A stretch of DNA of 62,627 nucleotides, filler included, from Gemmatimonadota bacterium (GTDB lineage: Bacteria > 4572-55 > J002): the NCBI GenBank assembly GCA_003697105.1. It is 4 parts of 4 records of this genome, joined end to end, with 100 filler letters (N's around TTAATTAATTAA, not from the genome) between each part and the next. Parts side by side here need not be neighbours in the genome. Positions count along the whole stretch, not along the records: positions 34,194 to 55,324 come from RFFQ01000108.1; 3 more parts are not named here. One strand, 5' to 3'. A program made the translations under genes and the position numbers. The notes beneath the pieces are model-generated. The model had not been told where the DNA came from and ran no database searches. It worked only from the letters and a program-made list of their open reading frames with translations. Positions 46,692 to 55,424 of the stretch are shown here, in pieces; within the stretch, counting starts at the first letter, position 1; each line of letters starts with the position of its first letter.

Positions 46692-49600
46692 ATGAAAATC
46701 ACAGAACTTTCTGTCAACAAACATGTGGCGATTTATATTCTGATCTTTATCATCTTTTCGATGGGCTGGGTAACGTATACCTCCTTACCGCGCGAAGCCG
46801 CCCCGGATATTACGATTCCGATTGTCTATATTGCGGTGCCCTATCCCGGCGTCTCGCCCACGGATATAGAAGCTCTGGTGACCCAACCCATCGAGAAAGA
46901 ACTCCAAGCGGTAAATGACGTTAAAGAAATCCGTAGTACCTCGTCGGAAGGGGTGGCGTCTATCCAAGTGGAATTTGAACCGGAAGTGGACATTGATTAC
47001 GCCCTACAAAAGGTACGGGAAAAGGTCGATTTGGCAAAGCCAGAAATGCCATCGGACATCGAAGAGCCGATCATTGCTGAATTTAACTTTTCGGAACAGC
47101 CCATCATGATCGTCAATGTCGCCGGGAGTGGCGGGTTAGTCCAACTCAAGGAAATTGCCGAGGATTTGGAAGATAAGATCGAGCAAATCCCCGGAATATT
47201 AAATGTGGATGTTGCCGGCGGTTTAGTGCGTGAGGTCAAAGTTAATGTGGACCCCGAACGCTTGCAATACTATAATCTATCCTTAAATGATGTGGTGCAT
47301 ACCATTCAAGACGAAAATATCACCATCCCCGGGGGTACGGTCGATATCGGTACTTATACCTATCTGGTACGGATTCCCGGTGAGTTCGAAGTGACGGACA
47401 TTATCGAAGATTTGGTGCTGTCAGCGAAAGATAACCATCCCATCTACATCCGGGATGTGGCTTCCGTGGAATATGCGTTTAAGGATCGGGAAACATACGC
47501 CCGTCAAAATGAGGTCGAGTGTGTTAGTATTTCCATTTCCAAGCGGTCGGGTGAAAATCTGCTGATTATCTCCGATAAAATTAAAGACCTGCTAAAAAAG
47601 GAATCCAAACGGTTTCCGGCGGGGGTAAGCTATACCGTCACCAATGATGCTTCTAAATTTGTACGCAACATGGTCGATGAACTGGACAACAATATCATTA
47701 CCGGGTTGTTGCTGGTGTTTATTGTGCTCTTTTTCTTTCTGAACACACGTATTTCGCTGATTGTTGCCACTGCGATTCCCCTCTCCATGCTGATCACCTT
47801 TTTGGTGGTGCAATCTATTGGGTGGACGCTCAATTTTGTGGTGCTGTTCGCTCTGATTTTAGCGCTGGGTATGCTGGTGGATGATGCGATTGTGGTCTGT
47901 GAGAATATCTTTCGGTTTCGTGAAGAGGGCTATTCCTTGAAGGATGCCGCCTTACTGGGCACAAAAGAAGTGGCTGTACCGGTGATTACCTCGACGGCAA
48001 CCATCATTGCTGCGTTCCTGCCGATGGCGTTTTGGCCCGGTATTGTCGGGGAATTTATGAAATACCTGCCTATCACGGTCATCATTGCGCTGTGTGCTTC
48101 CATGTTTGTGGCGTTGGCGATCAACCCCACGTTATCATCCCGCTTTTTGCATATTCGGGGGGGGCGGGTACGGAAAAGTTACCGGGAAATGGCGCCAGAA
48201 GAGATGCCTTCCATTATTCGGGTGTACCGCCGGTTGTTGATTTACACGTTGCAACATCCGGTCTTGACGCTCCTCACGACATTTGTGGTCTTGATCGGGG
48301 TGGTATTGTTGTTTGGTAAGTTCAATGCGGGTGTTGAATTTTTCCCCAAAACCGAACCCAGTACGGTGTTTATCGGTGTTGAAGCGCCGGTAGGGACCAA
48401 TGTCGAAACCACCGATACGCTGATCCAGCAGATTGAGCAGAAAATGGAAGGTTTACCGGATATGGACATTATGATTGCTCGAATCGGTGTCTCCATGAGT
48501 ATGGAAGGCTCATCATCCTCTGCCAATAAAGGCACGGTCTCCATTGATTTTATTGACCGAGAAGACCGGTCTCAATCCTCGTTTAAGACGGTCGATGAAA
48601 TTCGGGAGCGGTTGACCGACATTGCCGGTGCCATTATTGAAATTCAACAAAATGAATCGGGACCCCCCACGGGTCCACCGATCAACATCGAAATCAGTGG
48701 TGACGATTTTGAAGTGCTCGGTGACATTTCGGAAACGATCCGCCGTAAAATCCGCGACATCCCCGGTGTGGTTGATTTAAAAGATGATTATATTGCCGGG
48801 CGTCCCGAGATTCGGGTGGAAATTGACCGGGAAAAAGCGGCGCTTTACGGTTTGAGTACCCGACAAATTGCGGGCACCATTCGTACCGCGATCAATGGTG
48901 TCGAAGCCTCCAAATATCGTGTGGGGGAAGATGAATATGACATCACCGTCCGGTTAATTGAAGAACGCCGGAATACCATTGACGCCATTCGTGAAATTAC
49001 CATTGCCAGCGAAGGTAAACAAATTCCGTTAAGTGCCATTGCTTCCATCAAAACCGGCGGCGGTCTGGGTTCGATTAAACGAACCGATCTGAAACGCACC
49101 GTTACCATCAGTGGCGATGTACAAGGGCGAAACCCTAATGAAGTATTGCATGAGGTGATGGCGGCGACCGGGGAAGTCGATATCCCTCTCGGGTACACGA
49201 TCCGTTTTACCGGTGAAAATGAAGAACAAGCAGAAACCGCCGACTTTTTGAGCAAAGCTTTCTTTGCCACTATCTTGCTGATTGTATTTGTGCTGGTGGC
49301 GGAGTTCAATTCCTTAAAAGTTCCCATTTTGGTGATGTCGGGGGTGGTACTCTCGATCATTGGGGTCTTGATCGGTTTGATGATTACCCGTACCCCTTTT
49401 GGTATTGTGATGACCGGAATTGGGATCATTAGTTTAGCCGGGGTGGTGGTGCGGAATGGGATTGTGTTGCTGGATTATGTGCTGATCTTGCGGGAAAAGG
49501 GGGTCAGCCAGTTTGATTCGCTGGTCATTGGGGGGATTACCCGGTTACGCCCAGTCTTTTTGACGGCGATCACCACAATTATTGGCTTGATTCCCACAGC

Positions 49601-49880
49601 GTTGGGGATCAGTGTCAATTTTAAGCAGTTGGGCAGTATGATTCGGGGTGAAGGAGGGCGTTTTTTTGTGATTGGCGGCGAAAGTGCCCAATGGTGGGCA
49701 GGGCTTGCCATTAGTGTAATCTTTGGGCTGGCGTTTGCCACCATCTTAACCTTGGTGGTTCTACCCGTCATGTATTATACGTGGGAAAGAGCCGAAGCGA
49801 AAGTCGCGGCGATCTGGCACCGGTTTTTCCCAAAATCTAAAGAAGAGGACTCCCCAACCGTTGAAACGGCAGGTGCATAA
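46692..49880 (+). CDS. RND efflux permease (AcrB/MdtB family)
   Basis: 1062 aa; PYPGVSP, LGMLVDDAIVV, GVVVRNGIVL, RLRPVFLTA motifs. Confidence 0.93.
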   Translation: MKITELSVNKHVAIYILIFIIFSMGWVTYTSLPREAAPDITIPIVYIAVPYPGVSPTDIEALVTQPIEKELQAVNDVKEIRSTSSEGVASIQVEFEPEVDIDYALQKVREKVDLAKPEMPSDIEEPIIAEFNFSEQPIMIVNVAGSGGLVQLKEIAEDLEDKIEQIPGILNVDVAGGLVREVKVNVDPERLQYYNLSLNDVVHTIQDENITIPGGTVDIGTYTYLVRIPGEFEVTDIIEDLVLSAKDNHPIYIRDVASVEYAFKDRETYARQNEVECVSISISKRSGENLLIISDKIKDLLKKESKRFPAGVSYTVTNDASKFVRNMVDELDNNIITGLLLVFIVLFFFLNTRISLIVATAIPLSMLITFLVVQSIGWTLNFVVLFALILALGMLVDDAIVVCENIFRFREEGYSLKDAALLGTKEVAVPVITSTATIIAAFLPMAFWPGIVGEFMKYLPITVIIALCASMFVALAINPTLSSRFLHIRGGRVRKSYREMAPEEMPSIIRVYRRLLIYTLQHPVLTLLTTFVVLIGVVLLFGKFNAGVEFFPKTEPSTVFIGVEAPVGTNVETTDTLIQQIEQKMEGLPDMDIMIARIGVSMSMEGSSSSANKGTVSIDFIDREDRSQSSFKTVDEIRERLTDIAGAIIEIQQNESGPPTGPPINIEISGDDFEVLGDISETIRRKIRDIPGVVDLKDDYIAGRPEIRVEIDREKAALYGLSTRQIAGTIRTAINGVEASKYRVGEDEYDITVRLIEERRNTIDAIREITIASEGKQIPLSAIASIKTGGGLGSIKRTDLKRTVTISGDVQGRNPNEVLHEVMAATGEVDIPLGYTIRFTGENEEQAETADFLSKAFFATILLIVFVLVAEFNSLKVPILVMSGVVLSIIGVLIGLMITRTPFGIVMTGIGIISLAGVVVRNGIVLLDYVLILREKGVSQFDSLVIGGITRLRPVFLTAITTIIGLIPTALGISVNFKQLGSMIRGEGGRFFVIGGESAQWWAGLAISVIFGLAFATILTLVVLPVMYYTWERAEAKVAAIWHRFFPKSKEEDSPTVETAGA

Positions 49881-49892
49881 GATAACGAGGTC

Positions 49893-49921
49893 TTGACTTT
49901 TTAGCAGTCGGAATGTATAGT
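49893..49921 (+). promoter_or_regulatory. Putative sigma70 promoter of the gmk operon
   Basis: TTGACT-N17-TATAGT about 50 bp upstream of gmk. Confidence 0.5.
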
Positions 49922-49972
49922 ACGCCCAACCCGTTTATCTTTTACGTATTTTAATGCCGCGTAGATAGTATT

Positions 49973-50593
49973 TTGATTTCCAAAACTCACAAATCGTTTT
50001 TGATTGTCCTTTCTGCCCCGTCCGGTGCTGGTAAAACGACGATTTTTCGGGCAATCTTGGAAAAAGACCCGCAGATTTCGTATTCTGTTTCCGAAACCAC
50101 GCGACCCTGCCGCAATGGCGAGGTCAACGGGAAAGATTATTTTTTTGTGACTCCGGAACACTTCCAGCACCATATTGAAACCGGCTATTTCGCGGAGTGG
50201 GCTATTGTTCATCACCACTATTATGGAACACCGCGACAATACATTCAACAGCAATTGGATCAAGGCTTCGATGTGTTGTTGGATATTGATGTTCAAGGTG
50301 CTCGCCAGATTCGCCAAGTGTACCCGGAAGGGGTGTTTATCTTTATCGTTCCCCCTTCCATTCAGGTTTTAGAGGAACGGTTGCGTGCCCGGAAAACGGA
50401 TACCGAAGCAGCGATCCGGCACCGGATTGAAATGGCAACGGAAGAATTATCGCACATTGATGATTACCAATATCTTGTCATCAATGATCAGTTGCCGCAA
50501 GCCATTGCCGAAACTCATGCGATTATTCAGGCGGAACGGTGTCGCCGCACACGCTCCCTTTTTTCGATTCAAGATTTACTCCCGGTCTCGTGA
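49973..50593 (+). CDS. gmk: Guanylate kinase
   Basis: SAPSGAGKTT, TTRP.R.GEVNGKDYFF, YYGT, DIDVQGA motifs. Confidence 0.95.
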   Translation: MISKTHKSFLIVLSAPSGAGKTTIFRAILEKDPQISYSVSETTRPCRNGEVNGKDYFFVTPEHFQHHIETGYFAEWAIVHHHYYGTPRQYIQQQLDQGFDVLLDIDVQGARQIRQVYPEGVFIFIVPPSIQVLEERLRARKTDTEAAIRHRIEMATEELSHIDDYQYLVINDQLPQAIAETHAIIQAERCRRTRSLFSIQDLLPVS

Positions 50594-50665
50594 ACCGGAT
50601 TGAATTTGTAAGAGAGATAGACTCTCACTTTTCACTTTAAATCCTACTGATGATGGAGGTTGTCA

Positions 50666-50875
50666 ATGTCTTCATTTGTTCCCCCGGAAGAACTCGAACA
50701 GCTCAGCATACCTCGCTATTTGATGGTCGTCCTTGCGGCGAAAGAAACGCGTCGCTTAAACTCATTACCGGAAGAATTTCGGCGTGAATTTGGAAATCAG
50801 AAAGTCACCACCGTCGCGTTGAACCGGCTGGCAAAAGGTGAGATTGCCTACACGTTGAAAAAGAAGAAGGCATAA
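50666..50875 (+). CDS. rpoZ: RNA polymerase omega subunit
   Basis: RYLMVVLAAKETRRL...KVTTVAL; conserved gmk-rpoZ-coaBC order. Confidence 0.8.
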   Translation: MSSFVPPEELEQLSIPRYLMVVLAAKETRRLNSLPEEFRREFGNQKVTTVALNRLAKGEIAYTLKKKKA

Positions 50876-50879
50876 ACCG

Positions 50880-52115
50880 ATGGCGGTCCTTTCCGGGAAA
50901 AAGGTTCTTCTGGGTATTTCCGGCGGAATCGCCGCCTATAAAGCGGTTGAAGTGGCAAGCCGTTTGACACAACTGGGTGCAGAAGTTCGGACGGTCATGA
51001 CAAAAAATGCCACTGAATTTGTTACGCCTTTAACATTTGAAGCGGTCACAGGTCAATCCGTTGCCTGTGACCTTTTTCCGTTATATGGCTCTGCCGGCAC
51101 ACGCCACATCGATCTCGCCCGGTGGGCAGAGGTCATTGCGCTTGTCCCGGCGACGGCGAATCTGATGGGTAAAATCGTCAACGGTTTGGCGGATGACCTC
51201 CTGACTACATTAATTATGGCAAGCACAACCCCTATCTTTTTTGCCCCCGCGATGAACGTTCAGATGTGGCAAAACCCGATTGTTCAACGCAATCTGGATC
51301 AGCTAAAAGCGTACGGGTACCGGTTCATTGAGCCGGATTCCGGTTGGATGGCGTGCCGTGAGCAAGGTTCCGGGCGTTTAGCCGAACCGGCACGCATCAT
51401 TGGCACTTTGCGAGACCACCTGTTACAGCAGGATGACCTCCGCGGCAAAACGGTGTTAGTCACGGCGGGTCCAACGCAAGAACCGCTCGATCCGGTACGC
51501 TATCTAACGAATCACTCGTCAGGAAAAATGGGCTATGCGTTAGCACATGTTGCCGCTTTACGTGGCGCCGAGGTTATTCTGATTTCCGGACCGACCTCAC
51601 TTGAACCGCCTCGCGGGGTGAAGGTGGTGCGAGTACAAACGGCAGTAGAAATGAGTCAGGTTGTACTTGCGGAGCTTCCCCGCACGGATATTGTTCTCAT
51701 GGCGGCGGCGGTGGCGGATTACCGCCCGGTACGACCCAATGCCCAAAAGATCAAAAAAACAGACCAGCCTTTAACGGTGGAAATGGAACGAAACCCGGAT
51801 ATTCTCCGCCAAATTCAGGAACAACCCCCCACACGAGACCGGTTTGTGGTCGGTTTCGCTTTGGAAACCGAAAATGTGATGCCGAACGCCATTGATAAAC
51901 TGGATCGTAAAAATTTGGATATGATTGTCGCCAATGATGCTTCCCAACCCGGTGCCGGATTTCAGACGGATACGAATATTGTAACCCTGATTGACCGGTG
52001 GGGCAAAGTAGAGCATCTACCCCAAATGGATAAATTTGAAGTAGCCCAGCGGATTTTAGAACGTGTCGTCGAGCGTGTTGCTAAACCGGTACCCGCACAA
52101 GGAGAAATCTCATGA
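50880..52115 (+). CDS. coaBC: Bifunctional phosphopantothenoylcysteine decarboxylase/synthetase
   Basis: GISGGIAAYKA, HIDLA, PAMN, TAGPTQEPLDPVRY.TNHSSGKMG, AAVADY, GFALET motifs. Confidence 0.96.
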   Translation: MAVLSGKKVLLGISGGIAAYKAVEVASRLTQLGAEVRTVMTKNATEFVTPLTFEAVTGQSVACDLFPLYGSAGTRHIDLARWAEVIALVPATANLMGKIVNGLADDLLTTLIMASTTPIFFAPAMNVQMWQNPIVQRNLDQLKAYGYRFIEPDSGWMACREQGSGRLAEPARIIGTLRDHLLQQDDLRGKTVLVTAGPTQEPLDPVRYLTNHSSGKMGYALAHVAALRGAEVILISGPTSLEPPRGVKVVRVQTAVEMSQVVLAELPRTDIVLMAAAVADYRPVRPNAQKIKKTDQPLTVEMERNPDILRQIQEQPPTRDRFVVGFALETENVMPNAIDKLDRKNLDMIVANDASQPGAGFQTDTNIVTLIDRWGKVEHLPQMDKFEVAQRILERVVERVAKPVPAQGEIS

Positions 52116-52774
52116 CCTACGGACTGTTACTCGGATTGGTGATAGGAACATACCTTCTCGGAGCGATCCCGTTTGGATTTTTGATTGCCAAGGCGCATGG
52201 AGTCGATATTCGGGAGAAAGGTAGTAAAAATATTGGGATGACCAACGTGTGGCGTGTCCTCGGGTGGAAAGCAGGTGTACCGGTCTTTGTTCTCGATTTT
52301 GCCAAAGGATTTGTGCCTGTCTTCTTGACCCGCACCCTCGTCCCGCCGGAGGTCTTGCCGGTTTCGATGGACCTTGCCGTGGTTTTCATCGGGCTGGCGG
52401 CGGTTTGCGGGCATATTTGGACGGTGTTTCTCCACTTTAAAGGGGGTAAAGGCGTCGCCACAGCGACCGGCGTCTTTTTTGCCCTCGCGCCTCTTGCCAC
52501 CGGCATTGTGATGATTCTGTTTCTACTGGTTGTCTTTCCGACTCGTTATATTTCACTCGGATCGATTTCTGCCGCGATTAGCTTGCCGGTTATCATCGGT
52601 GTCCAAGTGTTTGTTTTACGGACGGCTGTTCCGGCAGTACCCACGTTTTATCTGGCACTGTGTATTGGGCTTTTTGTCATTTTTCGCCACCGGAGTAATA
52701 TTCAGCGCTTGTTGAATGGCACCGAAAATAAGTTTGGTACCTCCTCATCTTCGACTTCAACCAAATCCGCTTGA
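52112..52774 (+). CDS. plsY: Glycerol-3-phosphate acyltransferase
   Basis: YLLGAIPFG, DIREKGSKNIGMTN, FKGGKGVAT, RHRSNIQRL motifs. Confidence 0.95.
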   Translation: MTYGLLLGLVIGTYLLGAIPFGFLIAKAHGVDIREKGSKNIGMTNVWRVLGWKAGVPVFVLDFAKGFVPVFLTRTLVPPEVLPVSMDLAVVFIGLAAVCGHIWTVFLHFKGGKGVATATGVFFALAPLATGIVMILFLLVVFPTRYISLGSISAAISLPVIIGVQVFVLRTAVPAVPTFYLALCIGLFVIFRHRSNIQRLLNGTENKFGTSSSSTSTKSA

Positions 52775-52822
52775 TCCACGATAACCCAAAATGGCTTTGT
52801 TTTAGCGAGTAGGTGATCGCCA

Positions 52823-53971
52823 ATGGGACATAATCCGAATATTCCCCCAGAAATGCCGGAACGTTCGACATTGAATGTGGTGCGGGGGCTTAAAAGCCGG
52901 CATGATGGTATCGCCGGGGGGCATCTACCGGGGGCGACAACCCCCCCATTGCGCCGGAAACCCCTTACGGTGGAAGATTATGTTCAGGGGGTTCTTGCCG
53001 CCGACCGGACGATCCTCGCTCGTACCATTACCCTCATCGAGAGTAATTCGGACCAACACATGCAAACGGCACAAGATGTGCTCAAATCATTACTTCCCCA
53101 TACGGGAAACTCTATTCGGGTGGGCATTACCGGTGTGCCGGGGGTCGGGAAAAGCACGTTCATTGAAGGGTTAGGCACGTATCTATGTGAGCGCGGGCAT
53201 CGCGTCGCCGTGTTAGCGGTTGATCCGTCCAGTCGCCGCACCAAAGGTAGTATTTTGGGGGATAAAACCCGCATGGAACATCTCTCCCGCCATGAAAATG
53301 CCTTTATTCGCCCATCTCCTTCCGGAGGGACGTTGGGGGGGGTCACACGTAAAAGTCGTGAAACGATGTTGGTTTGTGAAGCGGCTGGGTTTGATGTGAT
53401 TTTAGTGGAAACCGTCGGGGTCGGGCAGAGTGAAATCACGGTGAGGTCTATGGTTGATTTTTTTCTGTTGCTGATGTTAACCGGCGCCGGCGATGAGTTG
53501 CAGGGTATCAAAAAAGGGGTGATCGAAACCGCGGATGCCTTAGTTATCAACAAAGCGGATGGGGAAAATCAGTTACCGGCACAACGGGCAAAAGTGGAAT
53601 ATAATCGCGCATTGCATTATCTTAGCCCTGCTACCGAAGGGTGGCAAACTCAGGCATATACCTGTTCCTCCCTGACGGGGGAGGGCCTTCCAGAGATATG
53701 GCAGGTTATTCAGCAATTTGTCAAGGTTACACAGGCGTCGGGTGTTTTCCAACAGCGCCGGAAAGAGCAGTTAATTGCATGGGTCTATGCCATGGTCGAA
53801 GACCATCTCAAACACCGCTTTTTTCACCATCCGGCAGTTAAAGCCGCTCTTCCCAACATCCAACAGTCCGTTGCGGAAGGACGGCTTCCCGCAACTACGG
53901 CGGCATCTATGCTACTCACACTTTTTGACCCGGATTCCTCCTCCCAAACGAAGCCGGTTCAGGCGGATTAA
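52823..53971 (+). CDS. meaB: Methylmalonyl-CoA mutase-associated GTPase
   Basis: GITGVPGVGKST, AVDPSS, LGDKTRM, ETVGVGQSE, GDELQGIKKG, NKAD motifs. Confidence 0.93.
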   Translation: MGHNPNIPPEMPERSTLNVVRGLKSRHDGIAGGHLPGATTPPLRRKPLTVEDYVQGVLAADRTILARTITLIESNSDQHMQTAQDVLKSLLPHTGNSIRVGITGVPGVGKSTFIEGLGTYLCERGHRVAVLAVDPSSRRTKGSILGDKTRMEHLSRHENAFIRPSPSGGTLGGVTRKSRETMLVCEAAGFDVILVETVGVGQSEITVRSMVDFFLLLMLTGAGDELQGIKKGVIETADALVINKADGENQLPAQRAKVEYNRALHYLSPATEGWQTQAYTCSSLTGEGLPEIWQVIQQFVKVTQASGVFQQRRKEQLIAWVYAMVEDHLKHRFFHHPAVKAALPNIQQSVAEGRLPATTAASMLLTLFDPDSSSQTKPVQAD

Positions 53972-54072
53972 CTCGCCCGGTATAGAGATCGGTATTGTTC
54001 TTTTGGGTAGATTGTATTATCTTAACTGCCAAATTCTCTTTTCATCTTAATAGCGTCTGGCAAGGAGCGATA

Positions 54073-55137
54073 ATGAGCGACATCGTTCGTCATACTCTTA
54101 AAACATTAATGGAAGCCGAAGGAGATAAAATTCTTCACTATCCTGAAAAATTGAAAGTTCAACTTTTACATAAACACCCGGATGAAAAGCGTGCCATTTA
54201 TGTGATAATTGCCTCGCTAGAAGAGCATTTGGTCGAAGCGTTGATGGCAAACACAGGTTTTGAAAGAGACTTTCGGACGCAGTTAAGCCGCCAGTTATAT
54301 AATACGCGCGGTATCGCCGAGGAGTTTGGGCTATGGGTCGTTGACCTTTGGGTGGATGTCTTGAATCTACAACCCAACCTTGTTGAGACAGCGTATGGCC
54401 TCGATCTGGTGCTGATGAAAGGAGGCTCGTTCCAGATGGGGAATTTGTGGGATGGCGAGCATGACTTTGAAAAGCCTGTACACCAAGTGACGCTAAATGA
54501 TTTTTATATCGGGAAATATTTAGTCACCAATACCGAATATGCTAAATTCCTGAATGAATATGGGACGATTTTTGTCAAAGAGGGTGAATTTGCCGGGCAA
54601 CTAATGGTGGATGCTCATGAATGGGGTATGAAAGAGGTAGATGGAACGTGGGTACCGCAAGAAGGGTTTGAAAAGCATCCGGCCATTTTTGTCACATGGT
54701 TTGGGGCAATGGAATTTTGCCGTTTTTACGGTTTTCGGTTACCCACCGAAGCCGAATGGGAGTATGCGGCACGCAGTGGCGGCTTGATGCAACGCTGGTC
54801 CGGTACAGATAATGAACTTGAATTGCCGGATTATGCTTGGTATAGCATCAATAGTAATGAACAACCCCAGCCTGTCGATGCCAAACGCCCCAATCAGGCC
54901 GGTATCCATGATATGAGTGGTAATGTGTGGGAATGGTGTTCGGATTGGTACGATGAAAATTATTACAGTGTGAGTCCCGAACATAACCCGAAAGGTCCTC
55001 CAGAAGGTCGGTTTAACGTGTTGCGCGGGGGCTCGTGGTTCTACGCGGCAGAATTCATCCGTACTGTAAGCCGAAACTGGAGTGACCCCACATATACCAA
55101 TGGTTCACGAGGATTTCGGGTTGTCAAAGATGTCTAA
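54073..55137 (+). CDS. Formylglycine-generating-enzyme (SUMF1/CLec-fold) domain protein with an N-terminal helical domain
   Basis: GGSFQMG, RLPTEAEWEYAAR, DMSGNVWEWCSDWY, RGGSW...GFR; start reassigned to MSDIVR after AGGAG. Confidence 0.88.
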   Translation: MSDIVRHTLKTLMEAEGDKILHYPEKLKVQLLHKHPDEKRAIYVIIASLEEHLVEALMANTGFERDFRTQLSRQLYNTRGIAEEFGLWVVDLWVDVLNLQPNLVETAYGLDLVLMKGGSFQMGNLWDGEHDFEKPVHQVTLNDFYIGKYLVTNTEYAKFLNEYGTIFVKEGEFAGQLMVDAHEWGMKEVDGTWVPQEGFEKHPAIFVTWFGAMEFCRFYGFRLPTEAEWEYAARSGGLMQRWSGTDNELELPDYAWYSINSNEQPQPVDAKRPNQAGIHDMSGNVWEWCSDWYDENYYSVSPEHNPKGPPEGRFNVLRGGSWFYAAEFIRTVSRNWSDPTYTNGSRGFRVVKDV

Positions 55138-55165
55138 CCGGCCGTTCGGGTTGGGGATAAAAGAT

Positions 55166-55207
55166 AAGGTCACTACAATATAAACGGTTGTAGCGACCTT
55201 TTTCTTT
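55166..55207 (+). terminator. Intrinsic terminator
   Basis: AAGGTCACTACAA-loop-TTGTAGCGACCTT followed by a T-rich tail. Confidence 0.65.
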
Positions 55208-55225
55208 AGGATTTAAGGGGCTCAG

Positions 55226-55324
55226 CCTGATTGACTGACAAAACTATTTCCGAATTTATTTGACAGTTAGGTGAAAAACGTAAGTGCGATGGTGATTTGT
55301 TTTCTTTTTCTACGTTTGACTTGC
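55226..55324. mobile_element. Putative IS terminus, copy 2 (99 bp, at contig end)
   Basis: Identical to 33995-34093. Confidence 0.65.
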
Positions 55325-55424
55325 NNNNNNNNNNNNNNNNNNNNNNNNNNNNNNNNNNNNNNNNNNNNTTAATTAATTAANNNNNNNNNNNNNNNNNNNN
55401 NNNNNNNNNNNNNNNNNNNNNNNN
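55325..55424. other. Artificial contig-joining spacer
   Basis: N-run, TTAATTAATTAA, N-run. Confidence 0.97.

Noticed and set aside
55020-55207. Diversity-generating retroelement variable region in the FGE/CLec C-terminus with a downstream hairpin
   Set aside because: No second near-identical template repeat and no reverse transcriptase in the window; the hairpin has a T-tail typical of a terminator. A remote DGR cannot be excluded without a genome search
55369-55424. C-terminus LIN-stop of the 1044-aa ORF
   Set aside because: Comes from the artificial spacer; the real gene is truncated at 55425
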